A DNA stretch of 64,000 nt from a virus (Duplodnaviria > Heunggongvirae > Uroviricota > Caudoviricetes), in IMG/VR virus record IMGVR_UViG_2974578479_000001, positions 64,001 to 128,000 of that record, one strand, 5' to 3'. Every line of letters begins with the position of its first letter. Position 1 is the first letter of the stretch. Shown here one piece after another: positions 46,170 through 58,052 of the stretch. The position numbers were made by a program, and so were the translations under genes. Below the pieces are notes generated by a model, which was not told the DNA's origin, did no database searches, and saw only the letters and a list, made by a program, of their open reading frames with translations.

Positions 46170-46532
46170 ATGAGTGTACATCAAGTAATTATCGTAGTAA
46201 AAGATTTAGAACCAATGCAATTAGTTCGTATGAGTGTAAGGGCTGGTATGGAAATAATGAATCAATTTGACCCAACACGTACTGCATATGCAGGTTCACA
46301 TGAACATAAGAACTTTAATGCATGGTTTGATGAATGGATTGAAGCGGGTTCACCTCAAAATATATATGTAGCTGATGAGTCAGCAGGATTAGATGAAGTT
46401 GAATTTCATGCTAATCTAGAAGGTGCACCAACAAACTTTATTCAAGACGGATCAAATTCAACTATTCTAGTAGTTGGACCATTTGATTCTGCACGATTGA
46501 ATTACTATACTCAGAACTGTAAACCAATCTAA
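46170..46532 (+). CDS. Peptidyl-tRNA hydrolase type 2-like protein (divergent)
   Basis: QVIIVVKDL..W..AG..IQDG..TILVVGP..LNYYTQNCKPI follows the PTH2 layout. Confidence 0.5.
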   Translation: MSVHQVIIVVKDLEPMQLVRMSVRAGMEIMNQFDPTRTAYAGSHEHKNFNAWFDEWIEAGSPQNIYVADESAGLDEVEFHANLEGAPTNFIQDGSNSTILVVGPFDSARLNYYTQNCKPI

Positions 46533-46584
46533 AACATTTACCCCTAAATATGTTATACACAAACATGTTTAGGGGTATTTTTTT

Positions 46585-47367
46585 ATGTATAATTATGCTG
46601 GTAATCCAGATTCTCCACAGTACGATCACCGTGAAGAATTAAAACGTGTTATTACTGTAATGCTAGGTGCAGGTGCAGTGAATGTTGAAATCACTGATGA
46701 ACAACTCGAAGTTTGTATAGATAATTCTGTAGCTAACTATCGTGCTTGGTCAGCAGCTTCTAAAGAAGAAGCATTCTTGCATATGAAATTCTATGAATCA
46801 GACTCAGTTTATGTACTACCAACTGAAGTAGAAATAGTTCGCAGAATTTATCGCCGTGGTAATGGTGTAGTATCTGGTTCAGGTGCTACTGTAGATCCAT
46901 TCTCACTTGCTTATAGTAATACATATCTATTAAGTGCAGTCCGTGGAAGTACTGGTGGTGGTCTATTAACTTATGATCTATATCACCAGTTTGATAGTAC
47001 TGTTGGTCGTTTGTTTGGTCGTGAGATCATGTTCTTATGGAATCCGGTCACAAAGAAACTAACATTAGAGCGTGATATTCGTGGTGAGGAAGAAGTACTT
47101 TTACACGTATATCATAATAAACCTGAAGCCATGCTTTTCAGAACACAAATGTCTTATCCGTGGTTACGTGATTGGGCATTGTCTGAAGCAATGATGATTT
47201 TAGGTAGAAACCGTGTTAAATTTGCAACACTTCCTGGACCACAAGGTACATTCTCTATGGATGGTGCTGATTTGGTTCAGAATGCAATTCGTATGCAAGA
47301 AGACTTAAAACAACGCTTACACAATCATGAAGATGGTAGTGACCCATTATCATTCATTATTGGCTAA
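46585..47367 (+). CDS. Neck / head-tail connector protein (T4 gp13-like)
   Basis: VEITDEQLEVCID..WLRDWALSEAMMILGRNRVKFATLPGPQG..MDGADL; TAAATA upstream. Confidence 0.7.
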   Translation: MYNYAGNPDSPQYDHREELKRVITVMLGAGAVNVEITDEQLEVCIDNSVANYRAWSAASKEEAFLHMKFYESDSVYVLPTEVEIVRRIYRRGNGVVSGSGATVDPFSLAYSNTYLLSAVRGSTGGGLLTYDLYHQFDSTVGRLFGREIMFLWNPVTKKLTLERDIRGEEEVLLHVYHNKPEAMLFRTQMSYPWLRDWALSEAMMILGRNRVKFATLPGPQGTFSMDGADLVQNAIRMQEDLKQRLHNHEDGSDPLSFIIG

Positions 47368-47408
47368 CATAAATACACCATAATTGGAAACAGTATGGTG
47401 GGTATTAT

Positions 47409-47666
47409 ATGCGTTACAAAGCGTTTTTAGGTTCAGATGAATTCACATACAGTGATGAATGCACTGAATTATATAACAAAGTGAGTTCATTTATGACTAA
47501 CATTGCTGAGTCCGATGGTAGTACAGGCACGTTTGAAATTGTTCAGGAACCTCTTTGTGAGATTCCATTATTTTATGCTTTAGTTGATTTTCCAACATGG
47601 GCTGAAGCATTATTTTTAATACAATTTCGTGAATATAGTTGGGATATTTTGGAAGAATCTGAATAA
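47409..47666 (+). CDS. Hypothetical protein
   Basis: ORF track. Confidence 0.5.
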   Translation: MRYKAFLGSDEFTYSDECTELYNKVSSFMTNIAESDGSTGTFEIVQEPLCEIPLFYALVDFPTWAEALFLIQFREYSWDILEESE

Positions 47667-47701
47667 GGTTCTTCCTTTTTTCGTTTAAAGGAAATATAAA
47701 C

Positions 47702-48388
47702 ATGGAACGTACAATAGTAGCAATTAATGGGACAATTGGATCTGGTAAAGATACTTTTGCACAAATATTCGTTGAAAATGGTTTTCATAGAGTATCATAT
47801 GCAGAATCATTAAAAGATGCAGTAAGTTATATTTTTGGTTGGGACAGAGAAATGTTAGAAGGGTCAACACCAGAATCAAGAATAATTAGAGAGCAACCGG
47901 ATGAGTATTGGAGCAAAGTACTTGAACGAGAAGTAACTCCACGTTGGGTATTACAAAATTTCGGTACTGACGTATGTAGACGATTTTTTCATGATAACAT
48001 TTGGGTGTTCAGTTTAGAACATAAAATTAGAAATATGGATTATGATAAAATAATTATTTCTGATTGTCGTTTTCCAAATGAATTAAAAATGATTCGTGAA
48101 AATAATGGAATTATTATTGAAGTACAAAGGACATTACCAGATTGGTATTTTGATGCAGTTGATTATAATATTGAGTGTGAAAGAAAACTAGCAGGATATG
48201 TTTTGGATTCTAAATTAGACAATGAACTTGGAATTACTGCCAGTAAACCTAGCTCACTAGCTAATGTTCATTCATCTGAATATGGTTGGGTTGGTATAAA
48301 TCGTCCTGATTTTATTGTAGAAAATACCTCCACTATTGAGCATTTACACAATCAAGCTTACCAAATTTTATCACAAATTAGTATATAA
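47702..48388 (+). CDS. Deoxynucleoside monophosphate kinase (T4 gp1-like)
   Basis: NGTIGSGKDT; YAESLKDA; PRWVLQNFGTD; ISDCRFPNE; HSSE. Confidence 0.85.
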   Translation: MERTIVAINGTIGSGKDTFAQIFVENGFHRVSYAESLKDAVSYIFGWDREMLEGSTPESRIIREQPDEYWSKVLEREVTPRWVLQNFGTDVCRRFFHDNIWVFSLEHKIRNMDYDKIIISDCRFPNELKMIRENNGIIIEVQRTLPDWYFDAVDYNIECERKLAGYVLDSKLDNELGITASKPSSLANVHSSEYGWVGINRPDFIVENTSTIEHLHNQAYQILSQISI

Positions 48389-48473
48389 ATTAGTTTTCAT
48401 ACATAACTTTAAATCCTCCAATAAATAACAGTATACGAATATTCGAATAAACCCAAAATTTTTGGAGGATTAA

Positions 48474-51125
48474 ATGGCTGATTTACTATCACCTGGTGTA
48501 AGTGTAACAGTTACCGATGAAACTATTAGTTCAACTAGCGGTGCAGGTACTGTACCATTGTTTGTCATTGCGACGGCACAAGACAAGCTAGTTACAGGAA
48601 GTACTTCTGTAGCTGCTGGAACAACTAAAGCTAATGCAGGAAAACTACAACTTATTACATCACAACGAAATGCTCTTGAAATGTACGGATCACCAATATT
48701 TCAAAAAAGTAATGGATCTGTCGTTCAAGGCGACGAACTTAATGAATATGGCCTACACGCCGTATATAGCTACATGGGTATTGCAAACCGTGCATATGTA
48801 GTTCGTGCTGATGTTGATATGGCACAACTAGCACCAACAGGAACTGAACCTACCGGTCCAGTAACTAACGGTACACTATGGCTAGATACTTCTGCAACGC
48901 AAATTGAAGCGTATGTAGCACGTATTGCTAACCCAACCAGTTTTTATGACTGGCAACTAAAACCTGTAACAATTGTCAGTTATGAAGATATTGATGATGT
49001 TCCTACTAATACTCTCAATGTAGATGATTTAGTACTACGTCATATCCCAAGTACTGGACAAATGCTAATGTATAAATTCGAAGCTATTGGCTTAGTACAG
49101 GTTGAAACTTATCTATCACCAATTAACAAAGTGCCAACAGGTACTGGTATCCTTAAAGGGAATATTTGGATTCGTGATGGTTATACAAAAAATGGATCAA
49201 ACTACTTCGGTACTCGTTTCGTACTAAAACGTTATGCTTCTCTAACTGCCGTTTGGAATGAAGTAAACGTATGGACTGGTAACAGTTTCTATGAAATTGA
49301 ATCTAAAGCTGGTACGTTTGATAATACATATTTCGGTTCACTATTTGATGAAGACAGTAAGAGTTTTTCTCTATATACTAAGTCTGGAAGCATTGCTGCA
49401 ATTTCTGCACCTGCAACACCAATTGGTCAATCTTCTAGCCAAGTTGCTACAAGTATTGGTTATTTGACAATCAAGTATTTGAACAAGTCAGTACAAGTTC
49501 CTGCTATTTTACAATCTCAGGCAATCACTACTGCAAATCTAATTGCAAATCTAAATCAAAGTGCTGTATTAATCAATGCCGGATTTACATTTACAGGTAC
49601 AAATGCTCTTGTTGTAACAAACAAAAATGGATATAGCTTCCAAGTGTCTGCATCTGGACAACAAATTTTCAACACGGCTGAATTGGCTAAATTAACAGTT
49701 GATAGTAATAACTATTCACTAATTAATGTAAACAATCTACGTGTTAGTGCAACAACTCCAACTGCAAAAGCAGCTAATGGTACGTACTGGTATGATTTCA
49801 GTAATTCTGATTCATTGAAAGTAACTATGTATGTTGCAAATGTTAGTACTGAAGATTGGGATCTAATTGTTGAGTCTGACCAATATGTACAACTAGATGA
49901 ACCAGCAGCAGATCGTGATTTTTGGGTTAAACCATTATCACAAGGTGTTGAAGGATATGAATTCTATCGTAATGTTAGCGGTTCATGGGTAAAACTAGAT
50001 TCAACCGACCAAAGTACTCTAAACGGTATGGTATTTGAAGACTTTACTTCTGGTAATGTTCCAAGTGCTGCATTATACCAAAATGGTATGTTAGCAATCG
50101 ACTTAGGTAATACTGAAGGTGTTGTAAAAGTCATGACTAACGGCATTTGGACTATTGCTAGTGGTGTAGCGTTAGATGGAGCTGGTCTATTTGGTCGTGC
50201 GGCTCAACGTCAAATCATTGTTGAAGCTTTAGCTGCTGTTGTTATTGGTAATGAAGAAATTCGTGCTGAAAGTATTGACTATAACTTAGTGTGTGTTCCT
50301 GGTTATGTTGAACTATTAGATGAACTAGTAACTCTAAACACTGACCGTAAAGAAACTGCATTCATCGTAACTGATGTTCCTGCACGTTTAGCACCATCAA
50401 GTACTGATGTTCAAGCTTGGGCGACCAATGCTAATAACGCAGCAAGTAATGGTGATGTTGGTCGTACAACTGGATATGCATATGCTGCACAGTATATGGG
50501 ATGGTGTCTAAGTACTAACGTTGATGGTTCAGAAATTGCTGTTCCAGGAAGTACGGTTGCAATGCGTACATATGCTTATAGCGATAGCGTAAGTTATGTA
50601 TGGTATCCACCTGCTGGTACACAACGTGGTGTTGTAACAAATGCTGCATCCGTAGGTTTCATTAATAGTGAAGGTGAATATGCTCCTGTAGTATATAACC
50701 AAGGCCAACGTGATACAATGTATGTTAACAAAATTAACCCAATTGCAATGCGTCCTAATCGTGGATTGCTAGTATACGGTGATAAAACTCTAGCACCAGA
50801 TGATGGTTCTGCACTAAGTCGTGTGAACGTAGCTCGTCTAGTAGTTTATATTCGTCGTCAATTGGAAATTATGGCAGAACCATTCTTATTCCGTTTGAAT
50901 ACACCAAGTACTCGTCAAGAGTTTACATCTGTAGTTAACAACTTCTTAGCTGAAATTGTTCAATTAAATGGTTTGTATGACTTCTTAGTAGTATGTGATG
51001 AATCAAATAACACTACAACTCGTATCGATAGAAATGAATTGTGGATGGATATTGCACTTGTACCAACTCGTTCAATTAACTTCATCTATATACCAATTCG
51101 TCTAGAAAACAGTTTAACACAATAA
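48474..51125 (+). CDS. Contractile tail sheath protein (T4 gp18-like)
   Basis: LSPGVSVTVTDET; WYPPAGTQRG; QRDTMYVNKINPI; GDKT; RVNVARL; VCDESNNT..IDRNEL..PTRSINFI. Confidence 0.93.
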   Translation: MADLLSPGVSVTVTDETISSTSGAGTVPLFVIATAQDKLVTGSTSVAAGTTKANAGKLQLITSQRNALEMYGSPIFQKSNGSVVQGDELNEYGLHAVYSYMGIANRAYVVRADVDMAQLAPTGTEPTGPVTNGTLWLDTSATQIEAYVARIANPTSFYDWQLKPVTIVSYEDIDDVPTNTLNVDDLVLRHIPSTGQMLMYKFEAIGLVQVETYLSPINKVPTGTGILKGNIWIRDGYTKNGSNYFGTRFVLKRYASLTAVWNEVNVWTGNSFYEIESKAGTFDNTYFGSLFDEDSKSFSLYTKSGSIAAISAPATPIGQSSSQVATSIGYLTIKYLNKSVQVPAILQSQAITTANLIANLNQSAVLINAGFTFTGTNALVVTNKNGYSFQVSASGQQIFNTAELAKLTVDSNNYSLINVNNLRVSATTPTAKAANGTYWYDFSNSDSLKVTMYVANVSTEDWDLIVESDQYVQLDEPAADRDFWVKPLSQGVEGYEFYRNVSGSWVKLDSTDQSTLNGMVFEDFTSGNVPSAALYQNGMLAIDLGNTEGVVKVMTNGIWTIASGVALDGAGLFGRAAQRQIIVEALAAVVIGNEEIRAESIDYNLVCVPGYVELLDELVTLNTDRKETAFIVTDVPARLAPSSTDVQAWATNANNAASNGDVGRTTGYAYAAQYMGWCLSTNVDGSEIAVPGSTVAMRTYAYSDSVSYVWYPPAGTQRGVVTNAASVGFINSEGEYAPVVYNQGQRDTMYVNKINPIAMRPNRGLLVYGDKTLAPDDGSALSRVNVARLVVYIRRQLEIMAEPFLFRLNTPSTRQEFTSVVNNFLAEIVQLNGLYDFLVVCDESNNTTTRIDRNELWMDIALVPTRSINFIYIPIRLENSLTQ

Positions 51126-51129
51126 ACTT

Positions 51130-51156
51130 AAAGGGAGCCTTATGGCTCCCTTTTTT
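51130..51156 (+). terminator. Intrinsic terminator
   Basis: AAAGGGAGCC-ttat-GGCTCCCTTTTTT. Confidence 0.9.
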
Positions 51157-51188
51157 ATTACTGAAATCCACATCTATGCTAAAAACTT

Positions 51189-51196
51189 TATAAATA
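51189..51196 (+). promoter_or_regulatory. T4-type late promoter
   Basis: Exact TATAAATA upstream of the tube gene. Confidence 0.7.
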
Positions 51197-51235
51197 CATT
51201 AAAGATTATTCCTTAAATTATTAGGAGAGATAATA

Positions 51236-51926
51236 ATGGCAAATTTACTGGATAAATATGGTGTTCCAATTCCAGGTGGCAGTCGTGCTCCAATGAAGCA
51301 ACCTAAGCCAAAGTACCGTTTCAGAATTTTATTCTTTGGATTCGGTAATGCGGAAGATGGTAACTACATTGCACTAGACACGAATACTGTAGGCACACCT
51401 CATGTTGAACATGAAAACGTAACTGTTCACAGTTACAACAGTAGTGCTCACTACAAAGGGAAGTACACATGGAGTACTATTGAAGTCGCATTTCGTGACT
51501 CAGTAGGTAACATGTCATTGAAAGCCCTTTATAACCAAATGCGTAAAGAATTCAACTACTACTCACAAGAATCTCGTATGACGGGTTCTCAGTATAAGTT
51601 TGAAATGTGGATTCAAGCTCTTGACGGTTCTAATAGTGAAAATACTACAAACCTATATCCAAGGTACGCTTCATACTTGGATCTGTCAAGGTTGTTTCAT
51701 TACTGAAAGTAATTTCGGTGATTGGGATTACTCAAGCTCAGAAGCTCAAGTTATTACTGCAACAATTCAACCAGATGGTTGTGTACTAGTTGGTCCAGAA
51801 GGACAAGCTCTTGGTGATGAAGTTACTGGTAACGGTACTCCTGAAAATGCGGTGGCTATTACGTCTAGCCCAACAGCAGTTAATTCAGATACATTACCTG
51901 ATTCAAACTTCTACGAAGGACAATAA
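51236..51926 (+). CDS. Tail tube protein 1, split by a +1 frameshift near 51660
   Basis: 51236..51706 matches the N-part and 51600..51926 the C-part (TWICQGCFITESNFGDWDYSSS) of the tube paralogue at 52014. Confidence 0.8.
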
Positions 51927-51935
51927 TAATATCCT

Positions 51936-51964
51936 AAAAGCCCTGACTAGTCAGGGCTTTTTTT
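51936..51964 (+). terminator. Intrinsic terminator
   Basis: AAAAGCCCTGA-ctag-TCAGGGCTTTT. Confidence 0.9.
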
Positions 51965-52013
51965 ATTGCTAAATAATAATATAAATTCCAAATCTAAATA
52001 GGGGAAAGTATAA

Positions 52014-52787
52014 ATGGCAAATATGATGGATAAGTATGGTGTTCCTCTACCAAGTGGACGAAATAAAACCATGAGCCAGCCCAAAATTAAACATAAATTT
52101 AGAGTTGTTGTATCAAATTTTGGTACTGATATTGATGAAAAAGATCATGTTGCATTAGAGGCATCAGAAGTTGATCGTCCTAGTGTTAGTTTTGAAACTC
52201 ACCAATTATATCAGTTCGCAACAAACACTTCTTATGTTGGGCGTTGGGATTGGAAACCAATAACACTTACAATTCGTGATTCAGTTGATAATAAAGTAGC
52301 TAAATCTATTATTCGTCAACTACAAAAACAACTAGATTTCCAAAGACGAATATCTGCGAAATCTGAACAAGAATATGCTGGATATAAATTCCGCATGATG
52401 ATTGAAACTACTGGCGGTGCAAATCCTGATGATTCATTGACTAATCTTGGTCGTGATACAGCAGTTGATGCAGGTACTGCAATTACTAATAATGCAGGAT
52501 TAGTTAATGCTATCGATGATTTTGTTGGTGGAAATGGCTATAATGCAGTTAGTACTATAGATCGTTGGGTATGCTATGGTTGTATCATTACTGATATATC
52601 ATGGGATTCATTAGATTATGGTTCATCACAATTCTTGACTATTAAGTTAACTATTAAACCAGATAATTGTGTACAGTACGATATGATTGAAGAAATGTAT
52701 TCTGATCGTATTAGTTCATTACTACCAGATAGTGTAGATAATGCATTAGATATTGTAGATAAAATATTTGGATCAGCGGGAATTTAA
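52014..52787 (+). CDS. Tail tube protein 2 (paralogue)
   Basis: MANMMDKYGVP..QPKIKHKFRV; WKPITLTIRDSV; WVCYGCIITDISWDSLDYGSS. Confidence 0.8.
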   Translation: MANMMDKYGVPLPSGRNKTMSQPKIKHKFRVVVSNFGTDIDEKDHVALEASEVDRPSVSFETHQLYQFATNTSYVGRWDWKPITLTIRDSVDNKVAKSIIRQLQKQLDFQRRISAKSEQEYAGYKFRMMIETTGGANPDDSLTNLGRDTAVDAGTAITNNAGLVNAIDDFVGGNGYNAVSTIDRWVCYGCIITDISWDSLDYGSSQFLTIKLTIKPDNCVQYDMIEEMYSDRISSLLPDSVDNALDIVDKIFGSAGI

Positions 52788-52799
52788 GAGGGATAATAT

Positions 52800-54352
<1,553 letters not shown>

Positions 54353-54353
54353 T

Positions 54354-54911
54354 ATGAAAGCAAAACGTAGTGTAGAAGAAGCTTTAGGTCTTCCATCAAC
54401 TGACGAATTGAAAAAAATTCTTGGAGATAATTATGACGAGAATGATTTATATTCAGATGAAGATGACGAAGATAGTACTGAAATTACTGGCGTGGACGTA
54501 GATGAAGCAAGACGTTCAATGCAACAATTAAAAGAATATCGTGAACAATTAAAAGATATTCCAGATATAACAAACCGAAAATCACATCTAGACAGATTGG
54601 CAAAATTAGCCGAAGATAAGTTCGAAGATATTTTTGATAGAGGATTTAATTGCGAAGATAGATTTATGGCTGAGATTATCAATGCTGCAAATGCTATGTT
54701 AAAGATTGCACTTGATGCACATTCTAAGGTTATTGATTCTGATATTAAATTAATTGATATGCAAATCAAGAAAGATAAAATGGAAATTGAGTTAAATCTT
54801 AAACCAAAAACTGCTTTAGCCAATAATTCTGATCCAAATTCAATCGAAGGTGAGAAGGTAGTAGTTAAATCTCGGAATGAGCTACTTGCTTCGATGAATC
54901 GGAATAAATAA
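54354..54911 (+). CDS. Possible terminase small subunit
   Basis: Helical coiled-coil core and C-terminal VVVKSRNELL reminiscent of T4 gp16; context only. Confidence 0.35.
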   Translation: MKAKRSVEEALGLPSTDELKKILGDNYDENDLYSDEDDEDSTEITGVDVDEARRSMQQLKEYREQLKDIPDITNRKSHLDRLAKLAEDKFEDIFDRGFNCEDRFMAEIINAANAMLKIALDAHSKVIDSDIKLIDMQIKKDKMEIELNLKPKTALANNSDPNSIEGEKVVVKSRNELLASMNRNK

Positions 54912-54938
54912 ATTAAAATACTGTGACTCGGAGTTAAC

Positions 54939-55484
54939 ATGAATAAATTACAGAAATTTTTAATAGATCTCACTCCAGAATATTCATATCGCGTAAAATT
55001 TGCATGTGAGCCAAGCTCAGAAGAATTGCATAAAGTTGTTTCTAGACTTACTGATAGATATGATGCTTTTGAAGTTGGTCCATTAAAGAAAACAATCTTC
55101 CAAGATCGTCCACTAGATTTTTTCAATCTAGATTGTGGTGAAATTTGGATGTTCGATTTTAAATGCAATCGTGGTGTGCAGCCTCAAGTACTTCTATTTG
55201 AAATTGGAAGTTTACTAAAATGGCCTGAAACGTTGATTCATATTCGTAATAATATGGAACCTTCTCAAGAAGAAATGGCTAATTCAGAAGATGATATTGA
55301 TTTTGATGAATATGAACCACGTCTTTTAGATCCTGATTATACTGAAGTTCCAGAGGTTAATGCCGAAGAATTAGGTGGTCAAGGTCGTGCAGATACTGCC
55401 GTGAAAGATGCAATTGAAAATTATAAAAAAGATAGAACACCATATGCAGAATACATGTCTGCTGGATTCGGTAAAAAGGAGTAA
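54939..55484 (+). CDS. Hypothetical (probable virion/morphogenesis) protein
   Basis: TAAATA upstream; GGAG RBS. Confidence 0.65.
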   Translation: MNKLQKFLIDLTPEYSYRVKFACEPSSEELHKVVSRLTDRYDAFEVGPLKKTIFQDRPLDFFNLDCGEIWMFDFKCNRGVQPQVLLFEIGSLLKWPETLIHIRNNMEPSQEEMANSEDDIDFDEYEPRLLDPDYTEVPEVNAEELGGQGRADTAVKDAIENYKKDRTPYAEYMSAGFGKKE

Positions 55485-55487
55485 TCA

Positions 55488-56045
55488 ATGAGTCTTTTAG
55501 AAGAAATGTTCGATGGTTCTCAAGAACAATTGAATGAACGTCCTTATAGTCGTACCCAATCAGCGATTGATTCGGTAAAAGGTAAAGCAAAAGGAATGTT
55601 CGGATCTGGTCAAGTTGAGCAAGGTGCACAGCAAACTGGACAACAAGCTAATCAACTATGGAACGATTTTAAACGTTATGTTGGTAGAAAATACGGTTCA
55701 CATCCACAAGCAGTATCATATGCAGATGTAGCAGCATTTTTTAAAGGTAATAATTTAGACACTAAGTTTTTAGGTAATAATGAACGCCGTTCGTTTACTC
55801 CTAAAGATGTTGGTAATGCAATTCTTTCAGCAGCACGTGAACTTGGGGATGACTATACCAATCAAGATGATGAACAAGAAGAACAAGGCCAACCACCAGC
55901 AGGTGATAATAGTCAAGGCCAACCACAAGGTGGTAGCCAAGGTGGACAGCCACCAGCCGGAGGATCTGGTTCATCTGATTTAAGTGGAAAATTATCTTCA
56001 CTATCTGCATCAGACAGAGCAAAACTATTGAGACTAATTTCGTAA
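55488..56045 (+). CDS. Probable internal head protein
   Basis: LLE/LNE motifs; Gln/Gly/Pro low-complexity linker. Confidence 0.55.
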   Translation: MSLLEEMFDGSQEQLNERPYSRTQSAIDSVKGKAKGMFGSGQVEQGAQQTGQQANQLWNDFKRYVGRKYGSHPQAVSYADVAAFFKGNNLDTKFLGNNERRSFTPKDVGNAILSAARELGDDYTNQDDEQEEQGQPPAGDNSQGQPQGGSQGGQPPAGGSGSSDLSGKLSSLSASDRAKLLRLIS

Positions 56046-56059
56046 CAGGAGAAGAAAAA

Positions 56060-57055
56060 ATGATAAAATATCTCGGCAATGATAATAAAGTTCCGAATAA
56101 TTACGTTTATACTTCTCACACTGGTTCAGAATATATATTTCTAGAAGGATTATGGTATAATTGTAAAAATATGACAATTATAGATCCTTCTAAGAATTAT
56201 AAAATGAACAAGGCCGCAGCACAACAAATCTCTGAACAAAATATTTCTAGTACTTTGAAAATTGGTCAAAAGTATATTGTAAATGAATCAGAATATGTTT
56301 ATGTTGGACGTAATAAAGTAACAAAAAATGATTCACTATTACATGAAAGTATTAACAACAATATTATTTCATTGATGGAAGCAGATAATGCAGGTGGACA
56401 ACCACCAAGTAATCCAGCAGCAGGTAGTTCTGCACCAGATGGATACGTATATACTTCTAATAAAGGAAAATCATACGTAAAACGTGGTGGAAAATGGTAT
56501 GATACTAGTACTAAAAAACCAATTAATAGTTCAGCAGTTCCTAGTTTAGAACGAGCAGCGGCAAATAAAATTGCACAACATGATGCTAGTTCTCCTGTTA
56601 AAATTGGTCAAGAATTTAAAGCTAAAAGTGGGAAGACCTATCGTTATGTTGGTGGTAATCGATTCATGTCAGATGACGGAAAATTACTTCCAGATAGTAC
56701 AGCAAGACAAGTACTTGCTAATTTGAATAATAATGCTAATAACGGTCAAGGTAGTTCTAGTTCACAAGGACAAGGGCAACCACCAGCAAGTAATTCCGGT
56801 GGACAACCACCAGTTCCACCAAGTAATCCACCATCAAGTGGAAGTGGTGCTGGAAACACAGGAGGTAATCCACCAAGGGGTGGAGGTAATGATCCTTTAC
56901 AATCACTAGCTGATGAAATTAAATCTAGTCCAGATGCACCTAGAATTGTAGTACTATTGAGCCGTGGTGATGCATTATCACTATTAGCTGCTGATATACT
57001 ATTATCTGGACAGAAAAAAGAAGCAGCACAGATTCTAAATTCATTAAATAATTAA
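56060..57055 (+). CDS. Probable internal head protein with duplicated domain
   Basis: Two copies of PxxYVYTS..G..Y....G.WY....AAA..I......KIGQ....Y.YVG.N; Gly/Pro/Ser linker. Confidence 0.6.
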   Translation: MIKYLGNDNKVPNNYVYTSHTGSEYIFLEGLWYNCKNMTIIDPSKNYKMNKAAAQQISEQNISSTLKIGQKYIVNESEYVYVGRNKVTKNDSLLHESINNNIISLMEADNAGGQPPSNPAAGSSAPDGYVYTSNKGKSYVKRGGKWYDTSTKKPINSSAVPSLERAAANKIAQHDASSPVKIGQEFKAKSGKTYRYVGGNRFMSDDGKLLPDSTARQVLANLNNNANNGQGSSSSQGQGQPPASNSGGQPPVPPSNPPSSGSGAGNTGGNPPRGGGNDPLQSLADEIKSSPDAPRIVVLLSRGDALSLLAADILLSGQKKEAAQILNSLNN

Positions 57056-57082
57056 GATTAATTAGAAAAGGAATTGATTAAA

Positions 57083-58051
57083 ATGAAAAAACAAATTAAT
57101 GAAGCATCAGTACGTATCGATGTTCAAGGTTTAGAATCTAATGATCTTGAAACTCTATCACGTATGCTTGCTTTAGCTGGACAAGCAGAAAATAAAGGAC
57201 CACAATTAGGTGGTATGGCTTCTATCCCAGCAATTCGACCATTAGATATGGATAGTATTGGTGGAGATGAAACACAAGCCATTATGAGTCCTGAAACGTC
57301 ACCAAGTGCCGATGATATGTCAGGTGTAGGTGGTTCCGATCTAGGGGCTGCTGTAGGTGAATTGGCAGGTTCAATCACTGATTTCGGTGATGAAGGGCTT
57401 GACAACGGTATGGGTTCTGATGTAGAATCTATGGAAGTTCAAGACGAATCCAGCCCTGATTTTGGTTCAGACGACATTAGTTCTGAACTGGACTCTGAAT
57501 ATACTGGTGATGATGATTTCGATATGGGTCGTATGTCATCACTTGCAGGTATTCACGAAAGTCAAGATGTGGATGATTCAGATGATGTGTCTGATGATTC
57601 AGATGATGAAGTTAATCCCGATGACCAATCAGCCGATGAAGAAACAATTGGTGAAAGCCTACTACCTGATCTATCATTAGATGAAGATGCAATTTCTCCT
57701 GAAGAACAACCGAATCAAGAATTCGGACCATTCAGAACTGAATTTGAATGTGTTAATGATGGTCAAGAAAAAACAAATGGTGTCGAAGGTGATAACTTCA
57801 TCGTAGTACCAAAAGGTAATGCGTTCTATTGGAAACGTACAGTGCAAGAAGATGCTGACAATCGTCCAGAACCAGATTTTTATGATGATGAAGGAATTCG
57901 TAACTCACGTCATGAATACCGCCATAAACGTACTGCTCTAGGTGACAATCCAATTCTTTCAGTTGATGAATCTGAAGAAGATGATGAATCAGTAGATTCA
58001 ATCTTCGAATCAATCAACGACAAATATAAGAAATTTATGGAGGGTCTATAA
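57083..58051 (+). CDS. Highly acidic probable scaffold/internal head protein
   Basis: INEA, IHES, IGES, IFES motifs; RMLALAG and RMSSLAGI. Confidence 0.55.
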   Translation: MKKQINEASVRIDVQGLESNDLETLSRMLALAGQAENKGPQLGGMASIPAIRPLDMDSIGGDETQAIMSPETSPSADDMSGVGGSDLGAAVGELAGSITDFGDEGLDNGMGSDVESMEVQDESSPDFGSDDISSELDSEYTGDDDFDMGRMSSLAGIHESQDVDDSDDVSDDSDDEVNPDDQSADEETIGESLLPDLSLDEDAISPEEQPNQEFGPFRTEFECVNDGQEKTNGVEGDNFIVVPKGNAFYWKRTVQEDADNRPEPDFYDDEGIRNSRHEYRHKRTALGDNPILSVDESEEDDESVDSIFESINDKYKKFMEGL

Positions 58052-58052
58052 T

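Noticed and set aside
55860-57660. Gln/Gly/Pro and Asp-rich short DNA repeats
   Set aside because: Explained by low-complexity protein linkers; no regular period at the DNA level
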